A stretch of 64,000 nt of DNA, taken from Thermosynechococcaceae cyanobacterium (GTDB taxonomy: Bacteria > Cyanobacteriota > Cyanobacteriia > Thermosynechococcales > Thermosynechococcaceae). Numbering within the stretch: the first letter of the stretch is position 1; each line of letters begins with the position of its first letter. The stretch lies in NCBI GenBank assembly GCA_041748155.1, contig JBGTDT010000030.1, positions 14,894 to 78,893 on the forward strand, given 5' to 3'. This document shows positions 47,545-56,785 of this stretch, in pieces. Position numbers and translations under genes: made by a program. The notes beneath the pieces were generated by a model that saw nothing but the letters and a program-made list of their open reading frames with translations, did not search any database and was not told the DNA's origin.

Positions 47545-49911
47545 CTAATCGAATCGGGCAGCCCGGCTGGAAAGGCTCATTACAGAACTGGGAAACTTTG
47601 CCTGCAAGGGTTGGAGGATGGGGCAGGGCTTGTTAACTTCCAAGTTATTCCACTTAGTCCAGTCGAACGTGCGCCAATTGAAGGGTGCTTTCCGAGCGGC
47701 AGACATCCACAGTAACCGCTTAGCCCGCGTCATTGCCACGTAGAGCAGGCGAAACTCCTCAGCCGTTTTCAGGTTTCCAGCCTGTTGCCAGGCCGCCTCG
47801 ACACTCGGTAAGGGATAGTTGTGAAGGCTGGCCCGGATCTGAGCCCGAGCTACCTCAGCCAGGGTGAAGTTACCTAAAAACTGGGTCTGAGTCGGTACCC
47901 AGAGACTGCCGGGAATCGTCTGCTCGTGCAGAAACGGCACAAATACGTAGTCCCAATCTAGCCCCTTAGCCTTGTGCATTGTGATCACGGTCAGTTGCTG
48001 AGGACGGGTATAGCGGACCTCTGCATCTCCAGTTTCGACCGGTTCAAACCTTTCGGAACTGATAATTTCACTCAGCACAGACAGGGCTGCGCCCATAGAA
48101 CCATCTCCAGCCGTCTGCTGGGTTACCCGCTCTGCTAGCTTCTCGGCAGTAGCCAGTTCTGCTTGGTTGTATTTGAGGGCCAGGGCCAGAAAAGAGATCA
48201 ACTGGTAGCGGGGAAGTTCTAGGCGAGCGTGGAGGAGGCTGCAACAGAGGCGGCGGGCTTGCAGCACGGGTCTGGTTTGGGTTGGTTCTAAGGGGCTGGG
48301 ATAGAGAAACTGCTCCGGCAGGCTAGCCAAAGCATTCAGATCTTGGGGCGGAATGAGTTGGCGCTCGACTAAAACGGTGAGGGCAGCCTTGAGGTAGTCT
48401 GGAGAGTGAGACCGGTGAATGAATTGCAGCAGCGCCAGCATTTCTGCTGGAACATGGGAGCGGCGATCGCGTTCTCCGACATCGTAAACTTCTATGCCGT
48501 GCTGCCCCAGAGCTGCCTCAATTCCATAGCGGCTGGGATCAGATAAAACCTCTGAGACGAAGCGTCCCTGCTTATTCTCTCGCACCAGCACAGCGGCACG
48601 GTGCTGCGGCTGTTGGGTGAATAAGTCAATTACCCGTTCAGCAATCAACCGGACGGTTTGATAAACATCCTCGGGGGTATACAGCTCCAGTCCTCGACCC
48701 GCAGGCGCAGGGTTCGCTTCTGGTTGCGGGTCATTGAATTCGACAGGATGAATCGCCTGAGTCTGGAAGGGCTGCTCCGCGCCAGCCAGGTGGGAGTGGT
48801 TGACCCACTCCAGGACAAAATTAGCTGCCCCTAAGATAATCGGGGCGCTGCGTCCGGCCTGGTTCATGGTCGCTAAGCGACGCTCCGCCTGGCAGTTCTG
48901 GCAAAACTGGCGAAAGAAAATTGGGTCGGCAGGGGTGAAGGTTGAATTAATCGCCTGGTTAGGGTCTCCAACCCGGACTAGATTCACCTCCTGGACGGGT
49001 GCTGTTGGGTTCTCCGCCAAAATCTGTAGGAGCCGAGTTTGCAAAGGAGTCGAGTCCTGGGCTTCGTCTTCGAACACGGCAAAGACCTGGTTCTGCCAGT
49101 GGCAGCGGGCAGCGTCGTCTGCCAACACCCGTAGCGCCGCTAAAATCATTTCATCGTAGTCAATTAAACCCCGCGATCGCAGCAGGGTCTGGTAGTGCTC
49201 GTACAGCCCAGCGGCGATCGCCAAAATTCCATAGTCATCGGGAATCTGCTGGCTCAGCTCCCGCAGGTGGTGGGGCAGCAGGCCAGAGCTTTTCGCTTCG
49301 TGAATTACGGTGCAGGCCAGGTCAGGCAGCACCTCTGTTCGTAATACCGTCTGGCGGCGCAGGCACTCGGTTTCTTCTCCGTCGAACTGGCAACCCTCCA
49401 GCAGTCTGTGGTAGCGCCGGGGGTTTTCTGCCAGCCACTGGTCCACACAGGTGCGGATCAGACGGTGACTTTGCCGGGGAGAGACCAGGGTGGCCCGGTC
49501 CAGTTGGAGACCCGACAGGTCCAGGTGGCGCGTGGCAATGTTGAGGGCCAGCCCATGCAGGGTGTGAACCGCAAATCCTCCCTGGGGTAGGCGTAGCTCT
49601 CGTAGGCGATCGCGAATCGTGACTTTTAGATTGGCCGCAGCGGAGCGGGTGAAGGTGACTACCACCAGCTGGTGCTGGCGGTGCAGTTGGTAGCGCAGGA
49701 TTGTCGTTACAGCGGCGATCGCCATGCCGTAGGATTTCCCTGCTCCCGGTACTGCCGAAACCGCCAGAGAGCCTCCCCGCCAGTCGGCCAGTTCTCGCTG
49801 GCCTGGACGCAGGGAGTTTCGTAGAGTAGCCAGGGCAGCTTGATGCTGCCCTGGCCCCTCTGGTAGATCGGGGGTAAGCGGGTCGAGACGATTACCTGGC
49901 GTGGTCTGCAT
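47545..49911 (-). CDS. UvrD/REP-family superfamily-1 DNA helicase
   Basis: 788 aa. Walker A AVPGAGKSYG, motif II VFEDEAQDSTP, ITMHKAKGLDWDYVFVP, and LLYVAMTRAKRLL. Confidence 0.85.
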   Translation of the reverse strand: MQTTPGNRLDPLTPDLPEGPGQHQAALATLRNSLRPGQRELADWRGGSLAVSAVPGAGKSYGMAIAAVTTILRYQLHRQHQLVVVTFTRSAAANLKVTIRDRLRELRLPQGGFAVHTLHGLALNIATRHLDLSGLQLDRATLVSPRQSHRLIRTCVDQWLAENPRRYHRLLEGCQFDGEETECLRRQTVLRTEVLPDLACTVIHEAKSSGLLPHHLRELSQQIPDDYGILAIAAGLYEHYQTLLRSRGLIDYDEMILAALRVLADDAARCHWQNQVFAVFEDEAQDSTPLQTRLLQILAENPTAPVQEVNLVRVGDPNQAINSTFTPADPIFFRQFCQNCQAERRLATMNQAGRSAPIILGAANFVLEWVNHSHLAGAEQPFQTQAIHPVEFNDPQPEANPAPAGRGLELYTPEDVYQTVRLIAERVIDLFTQQPQHRAAVLVRENKQGRFVSEVLSDPSRYGIEAALGQHGIEVYDVGERDRRSHVPAEMLALLQFIHRSHSPDYLKAALTVLVERQLIPPQDLNALASLPEQFLYPSPLEPTQTRPVLQARRLCCSLLHARLELPRYQLISFLALALKYNQAELATAEKLAERVTQQTAGDGSMGAALSVLSEIISSERFEPVETGDAEVRYTRPQQLTVITMHKAKGLDWDYVFVPFLHEQTIPGSLWVPTQTQFLGNFTLAEVARAQIRASLHNYPLPSVEAAWQQAGNLKTAEEFRLLYVAMTRAKRLLWMSAARKAPFNWRTFDWTKWNNLEVNKPCPILQPLQAKFPSSVMSLSSRAARFD

Positions 49912-49941
49912 GGATCATTTCGGACACGTTGCCGTCCATGA

Positions 49942-51303
49942 TCATAAGTGCAGACTGCTCAAAGACCTAATCTGTGCCTGCAGTTTGTCCTGCACCTTAG
50001 AGGGCTGGCGCAGCGGAGCAATGCTGGCCTGCTCAGGCGTAACAGTCCAGTCGTACCGTCGCAGTAGCGTCGAGAGGACAATCTTCATCTCCATCTGGGC
50101 AAATTCAAAACCTAAGCAGCCGTGGGGACCCCCTCCAAAGCCCACCAGGGCACCGGGGTGCTTTTTATCCTCTTCACGAGGCGGGGCAAACCGATCTGGA
50201 TCGAAGCGGTCAGGTTCCGCATAGAGTTCGGGTAGACGGTGCGTCAGCATCGGCGAGATATCGACGTACCAGCCCGCCGGGATGCAGTAGCCTGCGTACT
50301 CAATGTCCTTGACAACACCGCGCGGGATGCCATAGACCGGGGGATACAGGCGTTCCGCTTCCTTCAACACCCGCGTGAGTTGGGGAAGTTGCTTAAGATG
50401 GGCGACGGTGAGCGGTCCATTGCCGACAACTTCAGCTTGTTCTGCTCGGAGGCGATCGCGCCATTCTGGATGGGCTCCCAACTCAAACAGCACCCAACTC
50501 AACAGGGTAGCGGTTGTCTCGTGTCCGGCAAACAGCAGGAGGAGGGCCTGGTCAATCACCTGGGACTCACTTAAATGGTTGCCGTCCTCATCCACTGCTG
50601 CCAGTAGCAACCCCAGCACATCTTGGCAGGCCTGCTCATCCTGGCGCTGGCGTTCTGCAATTGTTTTGCGCAGGAAAGCTTCCAGTTGACGCCGGGCCTG
50701 CTGAGAGCGGCCATACAGGGTCAGGGGGCTATCCAGCCGCAGGAGTGCCAACCGTCCGGCAATCAGTTGGGTAAACCACTGACTCGTCTGCTTAACTTCG
50801 CTGGGCGTTTGCGATCCCAAAAAGAGCTGGCTAGCAACTATCAGAGTGAGCTGGCGAAAATTGGCAGTCAGGGGAATAGTCCTCCGTTCCGCCCAGTCCT
50901 TGAGAAAGTCCTGGACAACTCGCTGAAGGGTATCAAAGTAGCTGGCGATCGCTCGCCTGTGAAATGCCGGATACATGAGGCGACGCGTGCGGGCGTGTTC
51001 CTCCCCGTCCTGCAGGAGTATTCCCCGTTTAAATAGAGGTTCCAGGAAGGCCCAGCCCAGTTGCGACGAAACGTGCTCGGCCTGCTCTCGCAGAACCAGT
51101 TGGTTGGCGTCAGGGCCAATCAAAAACGCAAACTTCTGACCGAGGATGCGCGTCTTGAACACCGGACCATAGCGCTGGAAACGTCGCCAGTAGTAAAGCT
51201 CCTCTGCTCCGAATAGCTCCAGCGTTTCGCCTAGAAATGGCAGGCCATAGCTACCAGGCATCTCCTCTGCTGATTTTAGCCCTACTTTAGGTTGAACAAT
51301 CAT
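49942..51303 (-). CDS. Cytochrome P450
   Basis: Heme-thiolate loop FGGGPHGCLGFEFA, I-helix LLFAGHETTA, and EAERLYPP (ExxR). The ATG at 51303 is preferred over the track start at 51321. Confidence 0.9.
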   Translation of the reverse strand: MIVQPKVGLKSAEEMPGSYGLPFLGETLELFGAEELYYWRRFQRYGPVFKTRILGQKFAFLIGPDANQLVLREQAEHVSSQLGWAFLEPLFKRGILLQDGEEHARTRRLMYPAFHRRAIASYFDTLQRVVQDFLKDWAERRTIPLTANFRQLTLIVASQLFLGSQTPSEVKQTSQWFTQLIAGRLALLRLDSPLTLYGRSQQARRQLEAFLRKTIAERQRQDEQACQDVLGLLLAAVDEDGNHLSESQVIDQALLLLFAGHETTATLLSWVLFELGAHPEWRDRLRAEQAEVVGNGPLTVAHLKQLPQLTRVLKEAERLYPPVYGIPRGVVKDIEYAGYCIPAGWYVDISPMLTHRLPELYAEPDRFDPDRFAPPREEDKKHPGALVGFGGGPHGCLGFEFAQMEMKIVLSTLLRRYDWTVTPEQASIAPLRQPSKVQDKLQAQIRSLSSLHL

Positions 51304-51549
51304 GGCTACCTCTCCACCCACTCAATCGCTGTGCTTTTAGCCTAACTGCATAATGCTCGCCAAATTTACGCAATCCAGTTGTTGGCACTATTGGTAATTT
51401 TGAAAATTTATCAAGGAAATATAAAGGCTATCGGCCCCAACAGCATAATTCTGGCACCAAATTCATCCTTTTTAGTGGATTAAGACAGGGGCAGCTACAC
51501 TATCAACCAGGGGACGCGTTCTGCGTTCCAATTTTTAGAGGAGATCAAC

Positions 51550-52278
51550 ATGAAGAAAAGGAAGGGCTATTCTACCTCGCGACGAACCTTACTGAAGTGG
51601 GGGCTAGGGGGTCTAGGGCTAGGGATAGCTGCCCTGACATCACTGCCACAGCGGCTGGCCGCCCAGACTGGGAGTGTGAAAACCCTCAGCTTCAATGCCG
51701 ATGATGCAGGCATTATCAACTTTGCCCTGCTGCTAGAGGAACTGGAAGCGGCATTTTATGCTGCTGCTTTAAAGTCTGGCAAGATTACAGATGCTAAAGA
51801 GCTGGACTATATTAGAGCCCTAGGAGCCCATGAAGCCACCCATGTAGAAGTGCTTCGCCAAGCTCTCGGCAGCAATGCCACCTTTCAGACCGCCGAGCTC
51901 AGCTTTAATATGCCAGGGCTGAACGCGCTGTTGAGCGATCGCAACAAGATCTTAAATACCGCCGTTGCCTTAGAAGATGCTGGAGTACATGCCTACAACG
52001 GTGCCGGACCCAGCCTCAAGAATCCTGCCCTGCTGCTTACCGCCGGTTCAATTGTATCGGTAGAAGCCCGTCACGCTGCGGGGGTGCGGGGACTCTTAGA
52101 ACGACCAGCCACGGAGCCAGACAGTGATCGCGCCGTCAGCGACACCGAGTTAGTGGCCAGCCTGAATCCATTTAAAGGCCGGGCCTACGACGAGTTGTAC
52201 AGCCCGAAACAAGTGGTGGCGATCGTCGCTTCCTTAAATATTCTGAATAACCCCATCACCGGCTCCCTCGTTGCCTAA
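51550..52278 (+). CDS. Tat-signal ferritin-like domain protein
   Basis: 242 aa. The twin-arginine leader is STSRRTLLKWGLGGLGLGIAAL. Ferritin-like pairs LEELEAAFY and HEATHVEVL, ALEDAGVHAYNG, and VEARHAAGVR. GAGGAG lies upstream of the ATG. Confidence 0.75.
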   Translation: MKKRKGYSTSRRTLLKWGLGGLGLGIAALTSLPQRLAAQTGSVKTLSFNADDAGIINFALLLEELEAAFYAAALKSGKITDAKELDYIRALGAHEATHVEVLRQALGSNATFQTAELSFNMPGLNALLSDRNKILNTAVALEDAGVHAYNGAGPSLKNPALLLTAGSIVSVEARHAAGVRGLLERPATEPDSDRAVSDTELVASLNPFKGRAYDELYSPKQVVAIVASLNILNNPITGSLVA

Positions 52279-52291
52279 AGGAGGAATGATT

Positions 52292-53179
52292 ATGAAAATT
52301 TGTTTAGACCAAGTAACCCAGCAGATAGGTGACACTATGCAGCCGCATCCTACCTTCTTGAGCACAGCACTGAGGCAGCTTGGTCGCGCAATGCACCGGA
52401 TCCCAGCGATGACTCAAGCCCTGGGGCTAATCCTGTCCTTGATACTCGGCACTTTATTTATTGCCCCCCCTGCACCAGCCTATGCTCAAGGTGCAGTATT
52501 GACCCCCCAGGAAGTGGTGGAATACGCCCTCACCCTAGAAAAGCTAGAAGCTGATTTTTATCGCCGGGCGGTTACTGCGGCTCAAACGGGCGGATTAGCC
52601 ACTGCCCCTCAAGTTGCTAAAGATGCAATCATCTCCTATGGCGAAGATGAGGCCCAGCACGTAGCAGACTTATCTGCGCTACTGACCAGCCTGGGTGGTA
52701 ACCCTAGTGCAGTCGTGATTCCTGCCAGCCCTAACTATAGTGCAATTCTTAAGCGCGACCCCTTTGCCAATCCCACGGATTTTCTCCTGGCTGGCCAGTA
52801 TGTTGAAGACTTAGGCGTTGCCGCCTATAAGGGGCAAGTCGGCAACTTGCTAGCAGCCGGGGCAGCCGCCCAGCCCATCTTAGCCGGGGCGCTTGAGATT
52901 CACAGCGTTGAGGCCCGTCATGCTGCGGGGGTTCGCTTCCTGCGCCAAGCCCTGCTTAATGCCGATGTGCGGCCCTGGATTCGCAATTCCCAGGAAGTGA
53001 TTTACCAGGAGACTCGGACCGATATTCCGATTCCGTTTGCTTCTGAAGCGTTTGATGGCTTTGCGACTCGTGATGAGGTGCTAGCGCTAGTCGGGCCTAT
53101 TTTAAGTCCAACCCCAACGACAAGTGGTAGCACTCAGCCTGAACCCAGTCCCCAACCTCCAGTGCGAGCACTCTGGTAA
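52292..53179 (+). CDS. Ferritin-like domain protein, paralog of the upstream gene
   Basis: LEKLEADFY, EDEAQHVADL, VEDLGVAAYKG, and VEARHAAGVRFL. AAGGAGGA sits just upstream of the ATG at 52292. The track start is the TTG at 52271. Confidence 0.75.
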   Translation: MKICLDQVTQQIGDTMQPHPTFLSTALRQLGRAMHRIPAMTQALGLILSLILGTLFIAPPAPAYAQGAVLTPQEVVEYALTLEKLEADFYRRAVTAAQTGGLATAPQVAKDAIISYGEDEAQHVADLSALLTSLGGNPSAVVIPASPNYSAILKRDPFANPTDFLLAGQYVEDLGVAAYKGQVGNLLAAGAAAQPILAGALEIHSVEARHAAGVRFLRQALLNADVRPWIRNSQEVIYQETRTDIPIPFASEAFDGFATRDEVLALVGPILSPTPTTSGSTQPEPSPQPPVRALW

Positions 53180-53350
53180 GTCAAGGCCACTCCGAAGGTC
53201 AAGATGTTTAGAGCATAAATTGCCAGTTCTAGTCTGAATTCCTACAGCACTCCAAAGTGCGATCGCGTACTGGCTGATTGCAAGCGAACTGGTGCTCAAA
53301 GAAGCTGTTGCTGGGAGTCAGCTCCGCCAAACTAAATTTTCTGCAATCAG

Positions 53351-53386
53351 AGCGCGATTATCGCAAAAGCGGCGATCGCGCTTTTT
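53351..53386 (+). terminator. Candidate intrinsic terminator
   Basis: An 8-bp GC-rich stem, AGCGCGAT (53351-53358) with ATCGCGCT (53375-53382), is followed by TTTT. The loop is long (16 nt) and includes a HIP1 site. It lies about 170 nt downstream of the ferritin-like operon. Confidence 0.3.
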
Positions 53387-53614
53387 GCTGTGGCTAAACC
53401 TACAGATGATCGAGGCTAAGTCGCTGCATCCCCCATGAGTGACTCAATCCAACCAACATTCTTCCGCTTGCTGCTTGGCTCCCCTAACCATTGAATGTAC
53501 TTGTAGGCAAGTTAAAAGCGCAGCAACTTATAGACTAGAGGGTAGCTGTTTTGGCTGCTTTCAAATTTAGTATGGCCGACTTGAGCTAGTCCCCTCTACG
53601 ATCTGATATTTAAG

Positions 53615-54193
53615 ATGTACCCTAGCGCCAAGTTCCCGTCCTCTCAGCAGGAGGCGTTGACCGCTCATTCACTGGCTCAGCCTGATCCGGTCCAGTTGGA
53701 CAATATCAAAACGCAGCTAGATCTCGTTCTGCTGGCCCTAGAGACACTTACCGGCAGTGGCTCCGAAGCCCTGTTGCGAGCAGCAACGCAGCTAAACCTG
53801 AAGGAGCAGGTTGGGGACCGGGTCACCCTCTGGCGATTGCGACAGTCCAACCCCCTGCGGCAAGGCAGTGGGCGCAAAAAGCTTGATGTCGAAGAAGCGC
53901 GATCGCTGGTTCTGATCATCTGTCATGTGGCAAAACAGCACCAGGACCTGATTCGCCGCGCCGTGGCTCTGCTAGAACAGTTGACAAAAGAGAAGCGCCA
54001 GCCCCATCAAGTGGCCCTGCTGGGGGATTATTTGGACAAATTTACCAATACCTATCAGGAACGGATGGCAGGAGAAGCTTCTACCACTGCTTTAACAAAT
54101 CTGGCCTTGAAGCTACTGATGGATCTCCTGTTCTATAGCAGTTCTAGTGGCTCCCGCCGCCTTTGGCTTGCCCTCTTAGACCGGGCTAAGTAG
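53615..54193 (+). CDS. Conserved cyanobacterial hypothetical protein (possibly DUF3038)
   Basis: 192-aa helical-looking ORF. It sits beside a DUF4335-like gene, a pairing I recall from other cyanobacteria. The family call is from memory only. Confidence 0.45.
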   Translation: MYPSAKFPSSQQEALTAHSLAQPDPVQLDNIKTQLDLVLLALETLTGSGSEALLRAATQLNLKEQVGDRVTLWRLRQSNPLRQGSGRKKLDVEEARSLVLIICHVAKQHQDLIRRAVALLEQLTKEKRQPHQVALLGDYLDKFTNTYQERMAGEASTTALTNLALKLLMDLLFYSSSSGSRRLWLALLDRAK

Positions 54194-54271
54194 CGTGATG
54201 AGTTATGAATTAAGGTGTGAGTTTAAATCCTGAGCTTCGGTTGATCAGACCCATTCCAGAGTCATTTTGTT

Positions 54272-55612
54272 ATGCCACTTTTGTCTACCCCGGTTTCCCG
54301 TCGTTATACCCCGCCGACGTGTACCCTGGAAATCACGGCACAGACTGCTGCCCTGTCTCCCTGGACCCGCCAGCCGCTGCAGCAGGAACTGCAATTCCAG
54401 CTCAGCTTTGAAGCTGCCCAACAGCTCCACCAGGATCAATCTATTCAAATTAGGGGCGATCGCGCCCAACTTGAAGCGTTGGGGGAAGCTGTCGAGTCTT
54501 ACGTCCAGGAGTTTCTAGCTCAAGCGCCAACTGACCTGATAGCCCTTACGCCCAGGGCTGCCCTGTCTCAACCTGAGTTTGTAGATGAGCAGCACGCAGC
54601 AGCTCTTTCTATCGTTGAGGGTTGGGATCAGAAGATCCACCTGCGCCCCCAGGGCTTACTCTCCCACGACCTATTTCTGGGGCCGTTAGCAAATCAGACA
54701 TCTGGCCCTGTGATCAACTTGAGCATCTCTAGTTTATTCGATCTGGCCTCTGCCTTAGAGGCGTCTATCGCCGAAGCCTTAACCCTAGTGCCTCCTGAGC
54801 AACAACGCCGGGACTGGCTGCAAACTCCCCTCTGGACTCGGGTAGCTGCGATCGCAGCCTTGTTTGTCGGCGTCACCACGGCTGTGCTCCAGTTGAGCAA
54901 CTCCAGCTCTGGCCCAGAAAATACCTCCCCTGTGATTAGCCGAACCAATGAGTCAGATCCAAGTACACCGCTGCCACCGCCACCCAATGCATCCTTACCC
55001 CCGTTCCAGAACTTGCCCTCCGTAACGGTGCCCCCAACTCCATCCATAGACTCAGAGTTTGCCAAAGGAATCCCTAATTCAGGTCAGGTAGCACTAAATC
55101 CTCAACAATCCACTCTACCCACGCCTGTTCGCACTCCCCAGACCCCCAAACAGCCACCGACAAGCGGGTCCATCGCTATCGAGCCTAATGCCTCTGGGGA
55201 TAGCCCAGTGCTCCCAGATGTTCCCGATATAGCCACCTCTAACACCGAGCCTGCTGCTAAATCCTCAATCTCTAGTTCAGAGGCTGCGGGTTCGAGCCCA
55301 GCCCAGTCGAGTCAAACGGCGTTTGATGTTGTTCCCCAAGTTGCAGAAGTCCGCAGCTACTTTCAACAGCGCTGGAAACCTCCCCAGAACCTAAACCAGA
55401 CTTTGGAATATACCCTGATCCTCAATTCCAACGGGTCAATTCAACAAACGATTCCCCTGAATCAGGCAGCAAAGACCTATGTAGATCGAACGCCTTTGCC
55501 GTTGAGAAATGAACCGTTTGTTTCTCCAGTGCAGGGAAGAGGGAGTGCCAAGATCCGGCTTGTTTTGGGACCAAACGGTAGTGTGCAGACATTCTTGCAG
55601 TCATCCAACTGA
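54272..55612 (+). CDS. DUF4335-like protein with a long Pro/Ser/Thr-rich linker
   Basis: 446 aa. N-terminal RRYTPPTCTLEI motif, one TM segment (VAAIAALFVGVTTAVL), and a ~150-aa P/S/T-rich region. Confidence 0.5.
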   Translation: MPLLSTPVSRRYTPPTCTLEITAQTAALSPWTRQPLQQELQFQLSFEAAQQLHQDQSIQIRGDRAQLEALGEAVESYVQEFLAQAPTDLIALTPRAALSQPEFVDEQHAAALSIVEGWDQKIHLRPQGLLSHDLFLGPLANQTSGPVINLSISSLFDLASALEASIAEALTLVPPEQQRRDWLQTPLWTRVAAIAALFVGVTTAVLQLSNSSSGPENTSPVISRTNESDPSTPLPPPPNASLPPFQNLPSVTVPPTPSIDSEFAKGIPNSGQVALNPQQSTLPTPVRTPQTPKQPPTSGSIAIEPNASGDSPVLPDVPDIATSNTEPAAKSSISSSEAAGSSPAQSSQTAFDVVPQVAEVRSYFQQRWKPPQNLNQTLEYTLILNSNGSIQQTIPLNQAAKTYVDRTPLPLRNEPFVSPVQGRGSAKIRLVLGPNGSVQTFLQSSN

Positions 55613-55755
55613 GTCCCAGCCAGGATGGTTGTGATGTATCTTCAAGCTGGGTAGACCCGCCTCTAGCATAGAGTTGCCAGCGGTGATCGCGGCCTTCCCC
55701 CTGTCCCGTTCGTGTTAAAACTGATTACGATAGCTGTCACTTCTCTAGGTTACCT

Positions 55756-56199
55756 ATGGATCGTCGCAGTTTTCTGAGTTGGGTAGGCGTCGGCTGGTTA
55801 GCCAGTTCTTTGCCACTTGTGATTGCAGCTTGTGCACCAAAGATAGAGACAGAGACAGAAACAGAGACAACTTCTTCAGGTCCTCAGGGTTTTCAAGAAG
55901 TTGGAACCCTGTCTGAACTCCAGAAAGGTCAGATACTCGTAACTGCCGGATTGGGCAGCGGACCGTTGTTAATTGTTCCGAGTCCAGGCAATCCAAACGC
56001 TCCCATTGCCGTAAATCCGACCTGTACCCACGCTGGCTGTACGGTAAAGTGGCAAGCCGAACAAGCGACCTTTGTTTGTCCTTGTCACGGCTCTGAGTTT
56101 GACCTGAGCGGCAAGGTAACAAAAGGGCCTGCGGCTAAGCCTTTACCAACTTATGCAGCCAAGATTGAGGCCAATGGAGTCCTGGTTCAGCCAGAATAG
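55756..56199 (+). CDS. Small Tat-exported Rieske [2Fe-2S] protein (PetC3-like)
   Basis: 147 aa. MDRRSFLSWVGVGWLASSLPLVIAAC (Tat motif plus lipobox Cys). CTHAGC ... CPCHGSEF Rieske boxes. Confidence 0.8.
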   Translation: MDRRSFLSWVGVGWLASSLPLVIAACAPKIETETETETTSSGPQGFQEVGTLSELQKGQILVTAGLGSGPLLIVPSPGNPNAPIAVNPTCTHAGCTVKWQAEQATFVCPCHGSEFDLSGKVTKGPAAKPLPTYAAKIEANGVLVQPE

Positions 56200-56241
56200 G
56201 GGAGCCTTGTATAATTGCTGTTGCGGGGCTTTTAGCTGTTT

Positions 56242-56715
56242 ATGACTTCTAGTTCGGTAGAGTTCCATCCCTTCTTTCAATTTGAAGCAGACTTTGTCGA
56301 TTCTCTTCGCTGCATTCCCATGCAGGTTCGCTTCAAGCTAGATACTTGTGGCATCAAGCTGAAGTTACTTCACTGGCATCAGTTTAGGCAGGCAGAGCGG
56401 CAGAGGTTGGTGGAGATGCCCTGTAGTACCGAAATCCAGATCCAGGATTATCGGGAATTTCTGCGCCAGCTTGTCTTAGAACACACGGGTACGCCAGCTA
56501 AAGATTTACCCACCGAAACCCAGCCAGCCTGGATGGATAGCACCACAATCCCGGCCAGTGTTGAGGAAAAAGCCCAAGAAATGGGGGTTGCGCTCACACT
56601 TCAACAGTGGACAGATCTTACCCCCCTGCAACGGTTTGCTCTGATCAAACTCAGCCGCTCTGCTCACGAAAACAAGAACTTTCTGCCGGCGCTAAAAGAA
56701 TTTCACCTCACCTGA
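56242..56715 (+). CDS. Nitrate-reductase-associated protein family (NarM-like), tentative
   Basis: 157 aa. FQFEADFVDSLRCIPMQVRFKLDTCGIKLKL resembles the cyanobacterial nitrate-reductase-associated family as I recall it. Confidence 0.45.
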   Translation: MTSSSVEFHPFFQFEADFVDSLRCIPMQVRFKLDTCGIKLKLLHWHQFRQAERQRLVEMPCSTEIQIQDYREFLRQLVLEHTGTPAKDLPTETQPAWMDSTTIPASVEEKAQEMGVALTLQQWTDLTPLQRFALIKLSRSAHENKNFLPALKEFHLT

Positions 56716-56785
56716 GAAGATTACTCAGGTGGATTGGTTGCTCTATCAGCTTGGGGACTTTCCTTTAGTCAGGGTGGGAACGCCA

